Source: a bacterium (GTDB lineage: Bacteria > Zhuqueibacterota > Zhuqueibacteria > Oceanimicrobiales > Oceanimicrobiaceae). From it: 23,201 nucleotides of DNA. This document shows, piece by piece, positions 9,809 to 18,574 of this stretch; position 1 is the first letter of the stretch; the number at the start of each line of letters is the position of its first letter. The stretch covers positions 1 to 23,201 of the forward strand of contig JBBIIG010000003.1 in NCBI GenBank assembly GCA_037446635.1, given 5' to 3'. The position numbers and the translations under genes were made by a program. The notes beneath the pieces are model-generated. The model was not told where the DNA came from. It was given only the letters and a program-made list of their open reading frames with translations, and searched no databases.

Positions 9809-11362
9809 ATGGTAAAAGAAATCTTGTCCGACGAAGCGGATCGGCTTGTCCGACAAAAACCCGATTCCTTCTTTGAAAGCTTCACCCGCAAACCCGGCGC
9901 CGAGCCGCGCACCACGCACTACTGTCCCGGCTGCGGACACGGCGTCATCCACAAACTCATCGCCGAGGCCATGGATGACTTCGGCATCCGCGAGCGCACC
10001 GTGTTCATCAGTCCGGTGGGCTGCTCGGTATTCGGCTACTACTATTTCAATTGCGGCAACGTACAAGTGGCGCACGGCCGGGCTCCTGCCGCCGCCACCG
10101 CTATCAAACGGGCGCTTCCTCACGCCATCGTGTTGAGCTACCAGGGCGATGGCGATCTGGCTGCCATTGGCGGAAACAACATTTTGCAGGCGGCCAATCG
10201 CGGTGAAAACATCACCGTCATTTTTGTGAACAACGCCATTTACGGCATGACCGGCTCGCAAATGGCGCCCACGACCCTCATTGGACAGAAAACCACCACG
10301 ACGCCCCTGGGACGAACGGTTGAGAACGAGGGCTATCCCCTCCGTATGTGTGAGTTGTTGGCCACTCTGGAAGCGCCCGTCTATATCGAGCGGGTGGCCA
10401 TCACCGATTCCAAACACGTGATGCAGGCGCGCAAGGCCATTCGCAAAGGCATCCAAAATCAAATCGACGGCCGCGGCTTTTCGTTCATCGAGATCCTCTC
10501 CCCCTGTCCCACCGGCTGGAAAATGACGCCCTCGGAAGGAAAGAAGTGGGTGGACGAAGTTTTGAGCAGCTACTTCAAGTTGGGAATCTACAAAGATAAA
10601 AATGGCGTGCTGTCCGCCGAAGCGGATCGGCTCGACCGAAAACCCACCGACGGCGCGCCGAAAAGAATTGAAAAGAAACCCACGCCCACTGGCGACCTGT
10701 CTGCACAGGCAGGTGAACTGTTGGCGATTTTAGGCGCAACGAAAGAGGACTCGGCGGCAAAACTCACCCGTCCGATTGCAGATGTGAATTTCCGCAACCC
10801 GCGCATGAAAGTGGCGGGCTTCGGCGGACAGGGCATTCTGCTGTTGGGACAACTCATGGCCGAAAGCGCGATGGTGCTGGATTACTACTCCACCTGGCTG
10901 CCCTCGTATGGCCCGGAGATGCGCGGCGGCACCGCCAATTGCCACGTGATCATTTCCGAGAAGCGCATCGGCTCGCCGCTGGTGGCGGAAGCCGACGTGC
11001 TGATGGCGATGAACCTGCCCTCGCTCGACAAGTTCGAAAACGACCTGCGGCCCGACGGCGTGATTTTCGTGAACAGCTCGCTCATCTCCCGCAAGGTGGA
11101 GCGCAGTGACGTGCAAACGGTGTACGTGCCCGCCACCGAGTTAGCCGACGAATTGGGCGAAACCAAAGTCGCCAACATGGTGATGTTAGGCGCTTACATT
11201 GGCTACACCGGACTTCTCTCATTGGAGAGCGTATTAGCCGCAGCGAGAACGGTGATCAAACGCAAGGAGTTCATGGAACTGAATGAAAGGGCATTGAGGA
11301 AAGGGATGGAGTTTGCGAAGAGGCAGTACGTAAAAAGATCATTGCCGGAAGAGGTGGTTTAG
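9809..11362 (+). CDS. 2-oxoacid:ferredoxin oxidoreductase beta (TPP-binding) + gamma subunit fusion
   Basis: HYCPGCGHG, SPVGC, HGRAPA, QGDGD..AIG, VNNAIYGMTGSQMAPTT, ILSPCPTGW (beta); AGFGGQG, PSYGPEMRGGTA, NMVMLGA (gamma); alternative ATG at 9794. Confidence 0.95.
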   Translation: MVKEILSDEADRLVRQKPDSFFESFTRKPGAEPRTTHYCPGCGHGVIHKLIAEAMDDFGIRERTVFISPVGCSVFGYYYFNCGNVQVAHGRAPAAATAIKRALPHAIVLSYQGDGDLAAIGGNNILQAANRGENITVIFVNNAIYGMTGSQMAPTTLIGQKTTTTPLGRTVENEGYPLRMCELLATLEAPVYIERVAITDSKHVMQARKAIRKGIQNQIDGRGFSFIEILSPCPTGWKMTPSEGKKWVDEVLSSYFKLGIYKDKNGVLSAEADRLDRKPTDGAPKRIEKKPTPTGDLSAQAGELLAILGATKEDSAAKLTRPIADVNFRNPRMKVAGFGGQGILLLGQLMAESAMVLDYYSTWLPSYGPEMRGGTANCHVIISEKRIGSPLVAEADVLMAMNLPSLDKFENDLRPDGVIFVNSSLISRKVERSDVQTVYVPATELADELGETKVANMVMLGAYIGYTGLLSLESVLAAARTVIKRKEFMELNERALRKGMEFAKRQYVKRSLPEEVV

Positions 11363-11394
11363 CTGCCGCAATTCTAGTGCAGAGGAGAAATTTC

Positions 11395-12375
11395 ATGGTT
11401 GGCAAAATGCAAGTCAATAAAGCTTACAAGAATGCCGTGTTTTTCTTCATTGCAATTTTAGTGTCCTTATCTGACTTAGGCCGTGCTCAAGAACTCGACT
11501 ACTTCCCCATGCACATCGGCGACCTGTGGACCTATGAACTCACAACGTTTGAGGTTCAGAAGTGGGGTGAGCGCCGGGTTGAGATTATTGATACCACACG
11601 TATCGATAGCGTTCCCTACTTTGTTTTCCTTGAAACGACATACCTGCTTAACCCCAAAGAAGTAACGAGTCGCACCGAATACTACCGGAGATTAGAGAAC
11701 GGTGATATTGTCAAATACAGCCAACGGGTCGGCGAAGAACAACTCTTTTATACTTTTCAGGCGGATTTTCTATATCAACCATACCTATATTGTGATGACG
11801 TTATTGACCCGTTTAAATGGCAAATTACATTTATCGATACTAACACTAGTGCAAATACTCCAAGTGGTTTTTTCACGAAATGTTATGAATACCTCTTTGA
11901 CCTCTATGACGAAAGTACTGGCACTCTGCTGCCGCTCGAAGGCCGACAACTAGCACCTAACGTCGGGTTGGTCAAATATGGAGGGGAGGGAGACGTTAAT
12001 CAATTGTTAGGCGCGTATATTGACGGCAATCTCATAGGAGACACAACTGTAACATCTGTCGAGGAGATTCACCGGGATGATACTCTTCCTAATACGCCAG
12101 TTCTTTATCAGAATTTTCCTAATCCTTTTAATGGTAATACGACCGTGAGATTTTTCGTGCCGAATTCTTGGACTCAACCGGTCTCGTTAGTCATCTATGA
12201 TGCCATTGGCAAAGAAGTGTTCAGATATCAGCAAGACCATTGGACAAAGGGCTCTCAGCAGTTCATATGGAATGCCAAAACCCAGTATGGAAAGGAGGTG
12301 GGAAGCGGAATATATTTCGTTCGATTGCAAAGTGGTACCTATTCTGAATGTATCAAGATAACAATGCTCAAGTAA
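11395..12375 (+). CDS. Secreted hypothetical protein with T9SS/FlgD C-terminal domain
   Basis: AGGAG RBS before ATG 11395; signal peptide; DYFPMHIGDLWTY N-motif, LAPNVGLV..LLGAYIDG..GDT; NFPNPFN...SGIYFVRL...IKITMLK. Confidence 0.88.
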   Translation: MVGKMQVNKAYKNAVFFFIAILVSLSDLGRAQELDYFPMHIGDLWTYELTTFEVQKWGERRVEIIDTTRIDSVPYFVFLETTYLLNPKEVTSRTEYYRRLENGDIVKYSQRVGEEQLFYTFQADFLYQPYLYCDDVIDPFKWQITFIDTNTSANTPSGFFTKCYEYLFDLYDESTGTLLPLEGRQLAPNVGLVKYGGEGDVNQLLGAYIDGNLIGDTTVTSVEEIHRDDTLPNTPVLYQNFPNPFNGNTTVRFFVPNSWTQPVSLVIYDAIGKEVFRYQQDHWTKGSQQFIWNAKTQYGKEVGSGIYFVRLQSGTYSECIKITMLK

Positions 12376-14289
12376 TGATTGAACGATTGACTAAAAGGAG
12401 GGTAACCAAGAAATGGATTATCTGCTTAGCGGTTTCAGGATGTACACTGTTGTTGTCAAGCATGCCGGGCTTCGCAGGTGCACAATGTGCCCTGAATATA
12501 ACTGGCTCAGGTTCGCCATCATCGAATAAAATGCTCATAGTCTGGGCAAAAACTTATGATGATGGCAGCTCATTTCCCGGTTGGGCTAGTTCGATTCCGA
12601 CAACGCTAGTCGACTTTTATGAATTGATGTCCTACAACCAGCACCATGTGACCACGAAAGCGGCGACTTTTAACGGCGGCTTCTATGTCTCAGACCCCGG
12701 CCACACGGTTGATTGGTACAAATCGCAATATCAGCAATCGCCAAACGGTTATTTGGGTCCGTGGGGTGTTTTTGTAAAAGAGATTCTTACAAAAAGTTGA
12801 AAACGATAAAGGCACCGCATATTTTGACGACGTGAATCTAATTGCAATGATGATAACAGACGGGGGGTCGGACTGGTATCTGGCCGGTGGTAATTATACG
12901 GGCATTGGATGGCTCGGTGTCACGTATAGAACAGGTAATGGAAAAACTTTTGATCGTTATGCCGGTGGAATTACCAATGAATTTGCTATCGGACAAAACA
13001 CCACAAAGTGGGTAATCTGCCATGAATATGGTCACTATATTGGCCTTGGACATCGTGGCACCAACTATGGTGCTTATTCTTTGATGTACTGGGAAAAACT
13101 AAATGAAGGTGATGAAGGTGCGATGCCGTTGAGTATTCTGGAGATTGCTGGTCTGGGTTGGCTTGACCTTAACAACTCCAACCGCGTGCAAACCGTCAGC
13201 TCCGGCGCGCTTACTAATTTCAGTCTGAAGCCCATCCGAAGTACGTCCGGCAAAGTGGCTATAAAGGTGAATATCTCTTCCAATCAGTACTTTTTAATCA
13301 ACAACCACCAGCAGTCAACAAATCCGTATGATGCCACCTATCCCGCAAGTGGCGTCCTTATATGGCACATCAACGGTTCATCTGGTGACCTTGAGTGCGC
13401 CGTCCCACGATCTGGTGAAAATCAAGATCATTTGGATCTTCCCAAATCAGACCCAAATTATCATGGAGAAGGTTTGGCCGGAGATTTTTGGAGACCGTCG
13501 TCCCAGAATACCTTTGCACCGTGGACCAATCCCAATACCAAATCGTGGACGGGAAACTTCACCGATATCAAGGTGAAAGTAAAAAGCCAGTCCGGCGGTG
13601 ACTACGTTTTGGACGTTTTTAAGAATTCTGAGCCAGCGGCACCCAAGAACTTAGTCATCACCAACCCCGGTAGCGATGGCTCTCATCCCATCCTACAATG
13701 GAACGCCAACACTGAGCCCGACCTTCATCACTATCTGGTCTGGCGCGGCACCACTCCCAACTGGAAAACCACGCCCATCACCTGGGAATCCTCGTCGGCG
13801 GCCAACGTCACCAACACCACCTGGACCGACACCCAAACCATCATTGATTTAGACGTTCTCTCGGCAACTTATTATCGTATCACGGCCGTCGATGCCGTAA
13901 GTAATCAGTCAGACTATTCCAGTTCAGTTGGCACCACCTCCAACCCGCTTGCAAAACCAGCAGAGGAAGAACCGCACGCAGCTTCGCTGCCGGAGAATTT
14001 TTCTCTGCATACCAATTTCCCGAATCCCTTTAATCCCTCAACGGAGATCAAATTTGATCTGCCGGAGCCGGCGCAAGTCAATTTAACGATTTTCAATATC
14101 GCCGGTCAAATGGTGCGCACGTTGGTGGACGAGCCCCGGTTAGCTGGTTACCACAGCATCCTGTGGGACGGTCGCGATGAATTCGGAAACGAGGTGGCCT
14201 CGGGTATGTATCTGTATCGAATTTCCGCAACCACGACTGCAACGGCATCGCCTTATGTGGCGGTCAAAAAAATGTCATTACTACGATGA
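12375..14289 (+). pseudogene. M6/immune-inhibitor-A-like zinc metalloprotease + FN3 + T9SS/FlgD CTD, split by a +1 frameshift at 12791-12795
   Basis: ORFs 12348-12800 and 12832-14289 join (EILTK-VENDKGTAYFDDVNLIAMM) if one A of the 5-A run is removed; DFYELMSYNQ, HEYGHYIGLGH zinc motif, YSLM Met-turn, GVLIWHI, FN3 (PAAPKNL...YYRITAVD), NFPNPFNP...KKMSLLR. Confidence 0.82.
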
Positions 14290-14305
14290 ACTAAGAGGTT
14301 CTTTA

Positions 14306-14521
14306 ATGAACAAACAAAAACAAGATTTTGAGAAAAAGCTGAGCACCTGTCCGCTGCTGGAAATCGCTTGTCCGCGCGGAGAGGATCAGTCCACCCAGTG
14401 CTGGCTGCGCGTGAAAGGCGATTTCGATCCGCTGGCCAGCTTCGCGGACCAGTGCGTGCTGGACTGCGCCCGCGCGCGCGCCGAAAACATGCGCAGTGCC
14501 ACGGTCAAATTCTTCAATTAG
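14306..14521 (+). CDS. 71-aa Cys-rich hypothetical protein
   Basis: GAGG RBS, ATG 14306; five Cys (CPLLEIACP..C..CVLDC); GC-rich third positions like the core genes. Confidence 0.65.
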   Translation: MNKQKQDFEKKLSTCPLLEIACPRGEDQSTQCWLRVKGDFDPLASFADQCVLDCARARAENMRSATVKFFN

Positions 14522-14536
14522 TGAGTGGCGGGCAAA

Positions 14537-14654
14537 TTGGAGTGTTGGAGTACTGGGGCTTTGGAGTGATGAATTGGATTGATGGATTGATGGATTAATG
14601 GATTAATGGATCGATGTGTTCTGTTACTCCAATGATCCATTACTCCAATACTCC
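14537..14654. repeat. Degenerate 8-mer tandem repeats (GGAGTRNT/GGATTRAT) followed by inverted copies
   Basis: ttggagtg ttggagta ctggggct ttggagtg..atggattg atggatta.. then ttactcca atgatcca ttactcca atactcc. Confidence 0.88.
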
Positions 14655-14842
14655 GCAGGCTTAGTTCGGAGTTAGTAGCGATAGGGCAATGCTGATAGAA
14701 AAATAGATCGTTGTTGTAGTGAAGCCCGGGCACAGCGGCGTCAGATAAAGTTTCTTTCGTGGTATTGACTCGGTGAATAGATTGAGATGCTGACAAGTGT
14801 GTTTTTGATACGATGAGTGCCATGCCGCTGTGCCCCTTTTTT
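14655..14842 (+). ncRNA. Putative structured non-coding element (12-bp terminal stem enclosing 84 nt, followed by a T-run)
   Basis: GGGCACAGCGGC 14728-14739 pairs with GCCGCTGTGCCC 14824-14835; inner hairpin CTCGGT-gaatag-ATTGAG; TTTTTT 14837-14842; identity unknown. Confidence 0.35.
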
Positions 14843-14843
14843 A

Positions 14844-15008
14844 CGTGAAATGTGAAACGTGAGAGGTGAGACGGGCGGAGTTGGAGTACTGGAGTGCTGG
14901 AGTTTTAGAGTGCTGAATTGGATTGATGGATTGATGGATTAATGGATTAATGGATTAATGGATCGATGTGTTTTTACCTTTTCCATTAATCCAAAAATCC
15001 ATTACTCC
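14844..15008. repeat. 7-mer (CGTGAAA-like) run plus a second copy of the 8-mer repeat block
   Basis: cgtgaaa tgtgaaa cgtgaga ggtgaga; 14914-14972 repeats 14570-14620 with one extra TTAATGGA unit; inverted ttccatta atccaaaa atccatta ctcc. Confidence 0.88.
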
Positions 15009-15046
15009 ACATAATATTTTAAATTAGTTGTGGGTCCACTAAAAAA

Positions 15047-15808
15047 ATGACTATCGAATTACAAAAAGGTATCATTTACGGCCCGGTGAAATCCCGCCGC
15101 CTCGGGCGTTCACTGGGACTGAACCTACTGGCGGATGATTACAAGCTCTGCTCCTTCAACTGCGCCTATTGCCAGTACGGTTGGACACAAAAGCTCACCA
15201 CCGACGCCGAAAGTTACCGCGATGATTTGCCATCGGTTGTTGAAATCATCAACGCGCTGCGCGAACGCATTGCCACCAATCCGGATTTTGACTGGATCAC
15301 ATTTTCCGGCAACGGCGAGCCGACTATGCACCCGGAGTTCCCGCAAATCGTAGAGGCGGTGAGGCAAATCCGCGACCAGTGGCTGCCCAAAGTGAAACTC
15401 GCCCTGCTCTCCAACAGCACCACCTGCAACAACCCGAAAATTCGTGAGTCAATTGCCAAGCTCGATCTGCCGATTATGAAGTTGGACGCCGGCAACGAAA
15501 TGATGTTTAAGAAGATCAACCACGGCGCGCCGCCCATCACCTTGCAGCAAATTGTTGATGGACTAAAATCGCTGAAGCGATTGGTGATTCAAACGATGTT
15601 CGTCACCGGACGCGTGAACAACAGCAGCGACTGGGAAGTGCGCAGCTGGATGCACCGCCTCGAAGAATTGCGGCCACTGTGGGTGCAGATTTATTCGCTT
15701 GATCGCGGCGCCGCCAACGATCGTCTCGAAAAAGTTCCACGCGAACGGCTGGAGGAGATTGCGCGGAAAGTGATTGAAACGACGGGGTTGAAGGTGGAGG
15801 TGTTTTAA
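15047..15808 (+). CDS. Radical SAM Fe-S oxidoreductase (TYW1/COG0731-like family)
   Basis: YGPVKSRRLGRSLG, CSFNCAYCQ (CxxxCxxC), ITFSGNGEPT, KLDAG. Confidence 0.93.
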   Translation: MTIELQKGIIYGPVKSRRLGRSLGLNLLADDYKLCSFNCAYCQYGWTQKLTTDAESYRDDLPSVVEIINALRERIATNPDFDWITFSGNGEPTMHPEFPQIVEAVRQIRDQWLPKVKLALLSNSTTCNNPKIRESIAKLDLPIMKLDAGNEMMFKKINHGAPPITLQQIVDGLKSLKRLVIQTMFVTGRVNNSSDWEVRSWMHRLEELRPLWVQIYSLDRGAANDRLEKVPRERLEEIARKVIETTGLKVEVF

Positions 15809-15817
15809 ATTCGATTC

Positions 15818-15855
15818 TCCTCCCCCATTTTTAAAAAGCAAAAAAGGGGGGAGGA
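15818..15855. repeat. Intergenic hairpin (REP-like or terminator-like)
   Basis: TCCTCCCCCATTTTT..AAAAAAGGGGGGAGGA inverted repeat. Confidence 0.55.
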
Positions 15856-15889
15856 ACTGGATTAGCAGCTTTTTTAAAAGGAACATAAA

Positions 15890-16579
15890 ATGAAATCACA
15901 ACCCATATCAACCTGCCCGCATTGCGGCAAAGCCGTGGAGACGGCGTTCAAATTCTGTCCGGCCTGCGGCATCAATTTGAGCCAAAATTTGCTTGACCTT
16001 CGACTCAAAGAAGTGTTACATTGCCAGCGCCGCGGCAAAAACTGGGAGGCGATGGAACTGCTCAAAGAGCTGGCTGCTGCCTATTCTGATGACGCCTACA
16101 TTCACAAACTTTTGGGCAACACCTACTTTCACATGGGGCTGCTGGACTGGGCCATCGACGCCTATCAAAAGGCCCTGGCGATTGACAAAAACTACGTGGA
16201 TGCGCACTATGATTTGGGCGTGGCCTATTATCATCGCGCGCGCATTCACGACGCCATTGCCGAATATCAAACGGTGCTGAAACTCGACCCAGATTATCAC
16301 GCGGCCCACTATCGCATCGGGTTGTGCTATCATCACGCGGGACAACTTAACGCCGCCATTCATCATTTGTTGGAGTCCACCGTGGTGACGCCCGAATATG
16401 TGATGGCGCACTATCATTTAGGCGTGATTTATTACAAGCAGGGGGAATTACAAAAAGCCCGGCTGTCGTTTGAACGAGTTCTGGAGGAAGACCCCCACGA
16501 TACCAGCAGCGCCAAATACCTGAGTCAAATCCAGCCGCAACTGAATCACAAACGCGAGGAGGGCGTCGTTGCAAAATAA
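15890..16579 (+). CDS. Zinc-ribbon + tetratricopeptide-repeat protein
   Basis: CPHCG..FCPACG; TPR motifs such as AHYDLGVAYY..AIAEYQTVLKLDP and AHYHLGVIYY; AAGGAA RBS. Confidence 0.92.
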   Translation: MKSQPISTCPHCGKAVETAFKFCPACGINLSQNLLDLRLKEVLHCQRRGKNWEAMELLKELAAAYSDDAYIHKLLGNTYFHMGLLDWAIDAYQKALAIDKNYVDAHYDLGVAYYHRARIHDAIAEYQTVLKLDPDYHAAHYRIGLCYHHAGQLNAAIHHLLESTVVTPEYVMAHYHLGVIYYKQGELQKARLSFERVLEEDPHDTSSAKYLSQIQPQLNHKREEGVVAK

Positions 16580-17837
16580 ATTTAACCATCAAATTGTTTT
16601 GAGCCGCTTTTTTGTCTTCGTTGGCGTTGTTCTGCTTTTTCATCTTCCCTCTTTTTTATATGCCCAGGATGCCTGTTCCGAATGTCACGGCCAATCCGAT
16701 TTCATTTCCGTTGATGACGACGGGAACGAAATCTCGCTGTTCGTGGATGAACAGGAGTTTGCCAAATCCATTCACGCGGATTTGGGCTGCGAAGGCTGCC
16801 ACTTCGATGCCGCGGAAATTCCCCACGCCGAGACCCTCGAAAAAGTGGACTGCGGAATGTGCCACGACACGGCGCTCGCGGAATATCAGAAGAGTATTCA
16901 CTACCAGGCCATCGAAGAAGGCTCACCGGATGCGCCCGCCTGCGCCGACTGCCACGGCAAACACGACATCCAACCCTCCGCCAATCCGGAGTCGCGGGTG
17001 CACCCGCTGAAAGTGGCGGCTACCTGCGCGCGCTGTCACTCCGATCCGAAAATTGTTCAAAAGTATGATATCCCCATCGCCGACGCGCTGGCGGCCTATC
17101 AAAAAAGTGTGCACGGCGTCGCGGTGCTTTCCGAAAAAAAATTTGACGCCGCCACCTGCAGCAGTTGTCACGGCAGCCACGAGATTCACACCCTCGATGA
17201 TCCTTCGTCGCCGATTTTTTGGAAAAACGTTCCGGAAACCTGCGGCCAGTGCCACGGCGAGATTTACGAACAATACACCACCAGCGTGCACTGGTCGGCG
17301 GCCAAAAAAGGCATTCGCAACGCGCCTGTGTGCACCGATTGCCACGGCGAGCACGAAGTGAAATCGCCGCAAGACCCGGCCTCGCCGGTGCATCCCTTGC
17401 GGGTGGCGGCAGCCACCTGCGAACGCTGCCATGCCTCGGAGCTGATCACCGGACGCTACGGCATCGCCGACGAACGCGTCGCCACGTTTGAAGACAGTTA
17501 TCACGGCCTGGCCATCAAAGGCGGATCGCTGGCGGCGGCCAACTGCGCGAGCTGCCACGGCATTCACAATATTCTGCCCTCCTCGGATCCGAAGTCAATG
17601 GTCAACCCGGCCAATTTAGCGAAAACTTGCGGCAGTTGTCATGCCGGCGCCACCGCTAATTTTGCCAAAGGTCCGGTGCATCTCACCACCAGCACCACGC
17701 CGGGGCGCGTGGTACAGTTCGTGCAAACGTTTTACATCTGGCTCATCGTCATCGTCATCGGCGCTATGATTCTTCATAACGGCGCCGACTTCATTCGCCG
17801 ATCCCGTAAACATATCAGAAAAAGAGCAGAGGAATGA
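16569..17837 (+). CDS. Membrane-anchored multiheme cytochrome c (11 CxxCH)
   Basis: TTG start after GAGGAGG; signal peptide; CSECH, CEGCH, CGMCH, CADCH, CARCH, CSSCH, CGQCH, CTDCH, CERCH, CASCH, CGSCH; C-terminal TM helix with His (GAMILHN). Confidence 0.95.
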   Translation: MQNKFNHQIVLSRFFVFVGVVLLFHLPSFLYAQDACSECHGQSDFISVDDDGNEISLFVDEQEFAKSIHADLGCEGCHFDAAEIPHAETLEKVDCGMCHDTALAEYQKSIHYQAIEEGSPDAPACADCHGKHDIQPSANPESRVHPLKVAATCARCHSDPKIVQKYDIPIADALAAYQKSVHGVAVLSEKKFDAATCSSCHGSHEIHTLDDPSSPIFWKNVPETCGQCHGEIYEQYTTSVHWSAAKKGIRNAPVCTDCHGEHEVKSPQDPASPVHPLRVAAATCERCHASELITGRYGIADERVATFEDSYHGLAIKGGSLAAANCASCHGIHNILPSSDPKSMVNPANLAKTCGSCHAGATANFAKGPVHLTTSTTPGRVVQFVQTFYIWLIVIVIGAMILHNGADFIRRSRKHIRKRAEE

Positions 17838-18574
17838 GCGCTTTAACCAAAATCGAAAAAAACGAGACCACCGCCTACGTTCGCTGGTCGCTGAACGAAC
17901 GCATTCAGCACTGGACGCTGGCCATCAGCTTCATTTTGCTGGTCGTCACCGGCTTTGCGCTGAAGTATCCGGAAAGCTGGTGGGTGCGGCCTTTTGCCGG
18001 CGTGGAGTGGCTGTTCAATTTGCGCGGACTGGTGCACCGCATTTGCGGCGCCGTGTTTTTAGGACTCGGCGTGTACCACGCATTTTATATGTTCGGAACT
18101 CATCGCGGGCGGCAGCTCATTGCGGCTTTTCGTCCCAGCTTGAAAGACCTGCGCGATGTTGGCCAAAATATGGCCTATAATTTAGGGCTCAGCAAGCACC
18201 CGCCGCAGTTCAGCCACTTCAGCTACATGGAAAAAGCAGAGTACTTCGCTCTCATCTGGGGCGCGGTGATCATGGGCGTCACCGGTCTCATGCTCTGGTT
18301 CGAAAATATCACACTCAAATTTTTCCCGAAATGGGCGATCGATCTCGTCACCGTGATTCATCTTTATGAAGCGTGGCTGGCGACCCTCGCCATCGTTGTT
18401 TGGCATTTTTATTATGTGATCCTCAACCCGGATGTTTATCCCCTCAACACCAGCATGATCGACGGCAAGCTCACGGAAAAAGAAATGCGCGATGAGTATT
18501 TTTTAGAATGGGAAGCGCTGCAGAAGGGCGATGAACGGGAGGCTGAGGCTGAAAAAAGCGAGCGCGCTGAATAG
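17834..18574 (+). CDS. Diheme cytochrome b (FdnI/Ni-hydrogenase cytochrome b-like)
   Basis: ERIQHW..LLVVTGF, VHRICG, FSYMEKAEYFALIWG, IHLYEAWLA..WHFY; ATGA overlap with the cytochrome c gene. Confidence 0.93.
   Translation: MSALTKIEKNETTAYVRWSLNERIQHWTLAISFILLVVTGFALKYPESWWVRPFAGVEWLFNLRGLVHRICGAVFLGLGVYHAFYMFGTHRGRQLIAAFRPSLKDLRDVGQNMAYNLGLSKHPPQFSHFSYMEKAEYFALIWGAVIMGVTGLMLWFENITLKFFPKWAIDLVTVIHLYEAWLATLAIVVWHFYYVILNPDVYPLNTSMIDGKLTEKEMRDEYFLEWEALQKGDEREAEAEKSERAE

Noticed and set aside
1879..14305. Integron attC sites between secreted-protein genes
   Set aside because: Intergenic gaps are mostly too short, no consistent RYYYAAC..GTTRRRY fold-back was seen, and no integrase is in the window
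14518..14823. 101-aa minus-strand ORF
   Set aside because: C-terminal half is translated 8-mer repeat; no RBS or recognisable domain; overlaps the stem structure
14537..15008. Possible CRISPR array
   Set aside because: Units are 7-8 nt tandem repeats without regular unique spacers, and no cas genes are present
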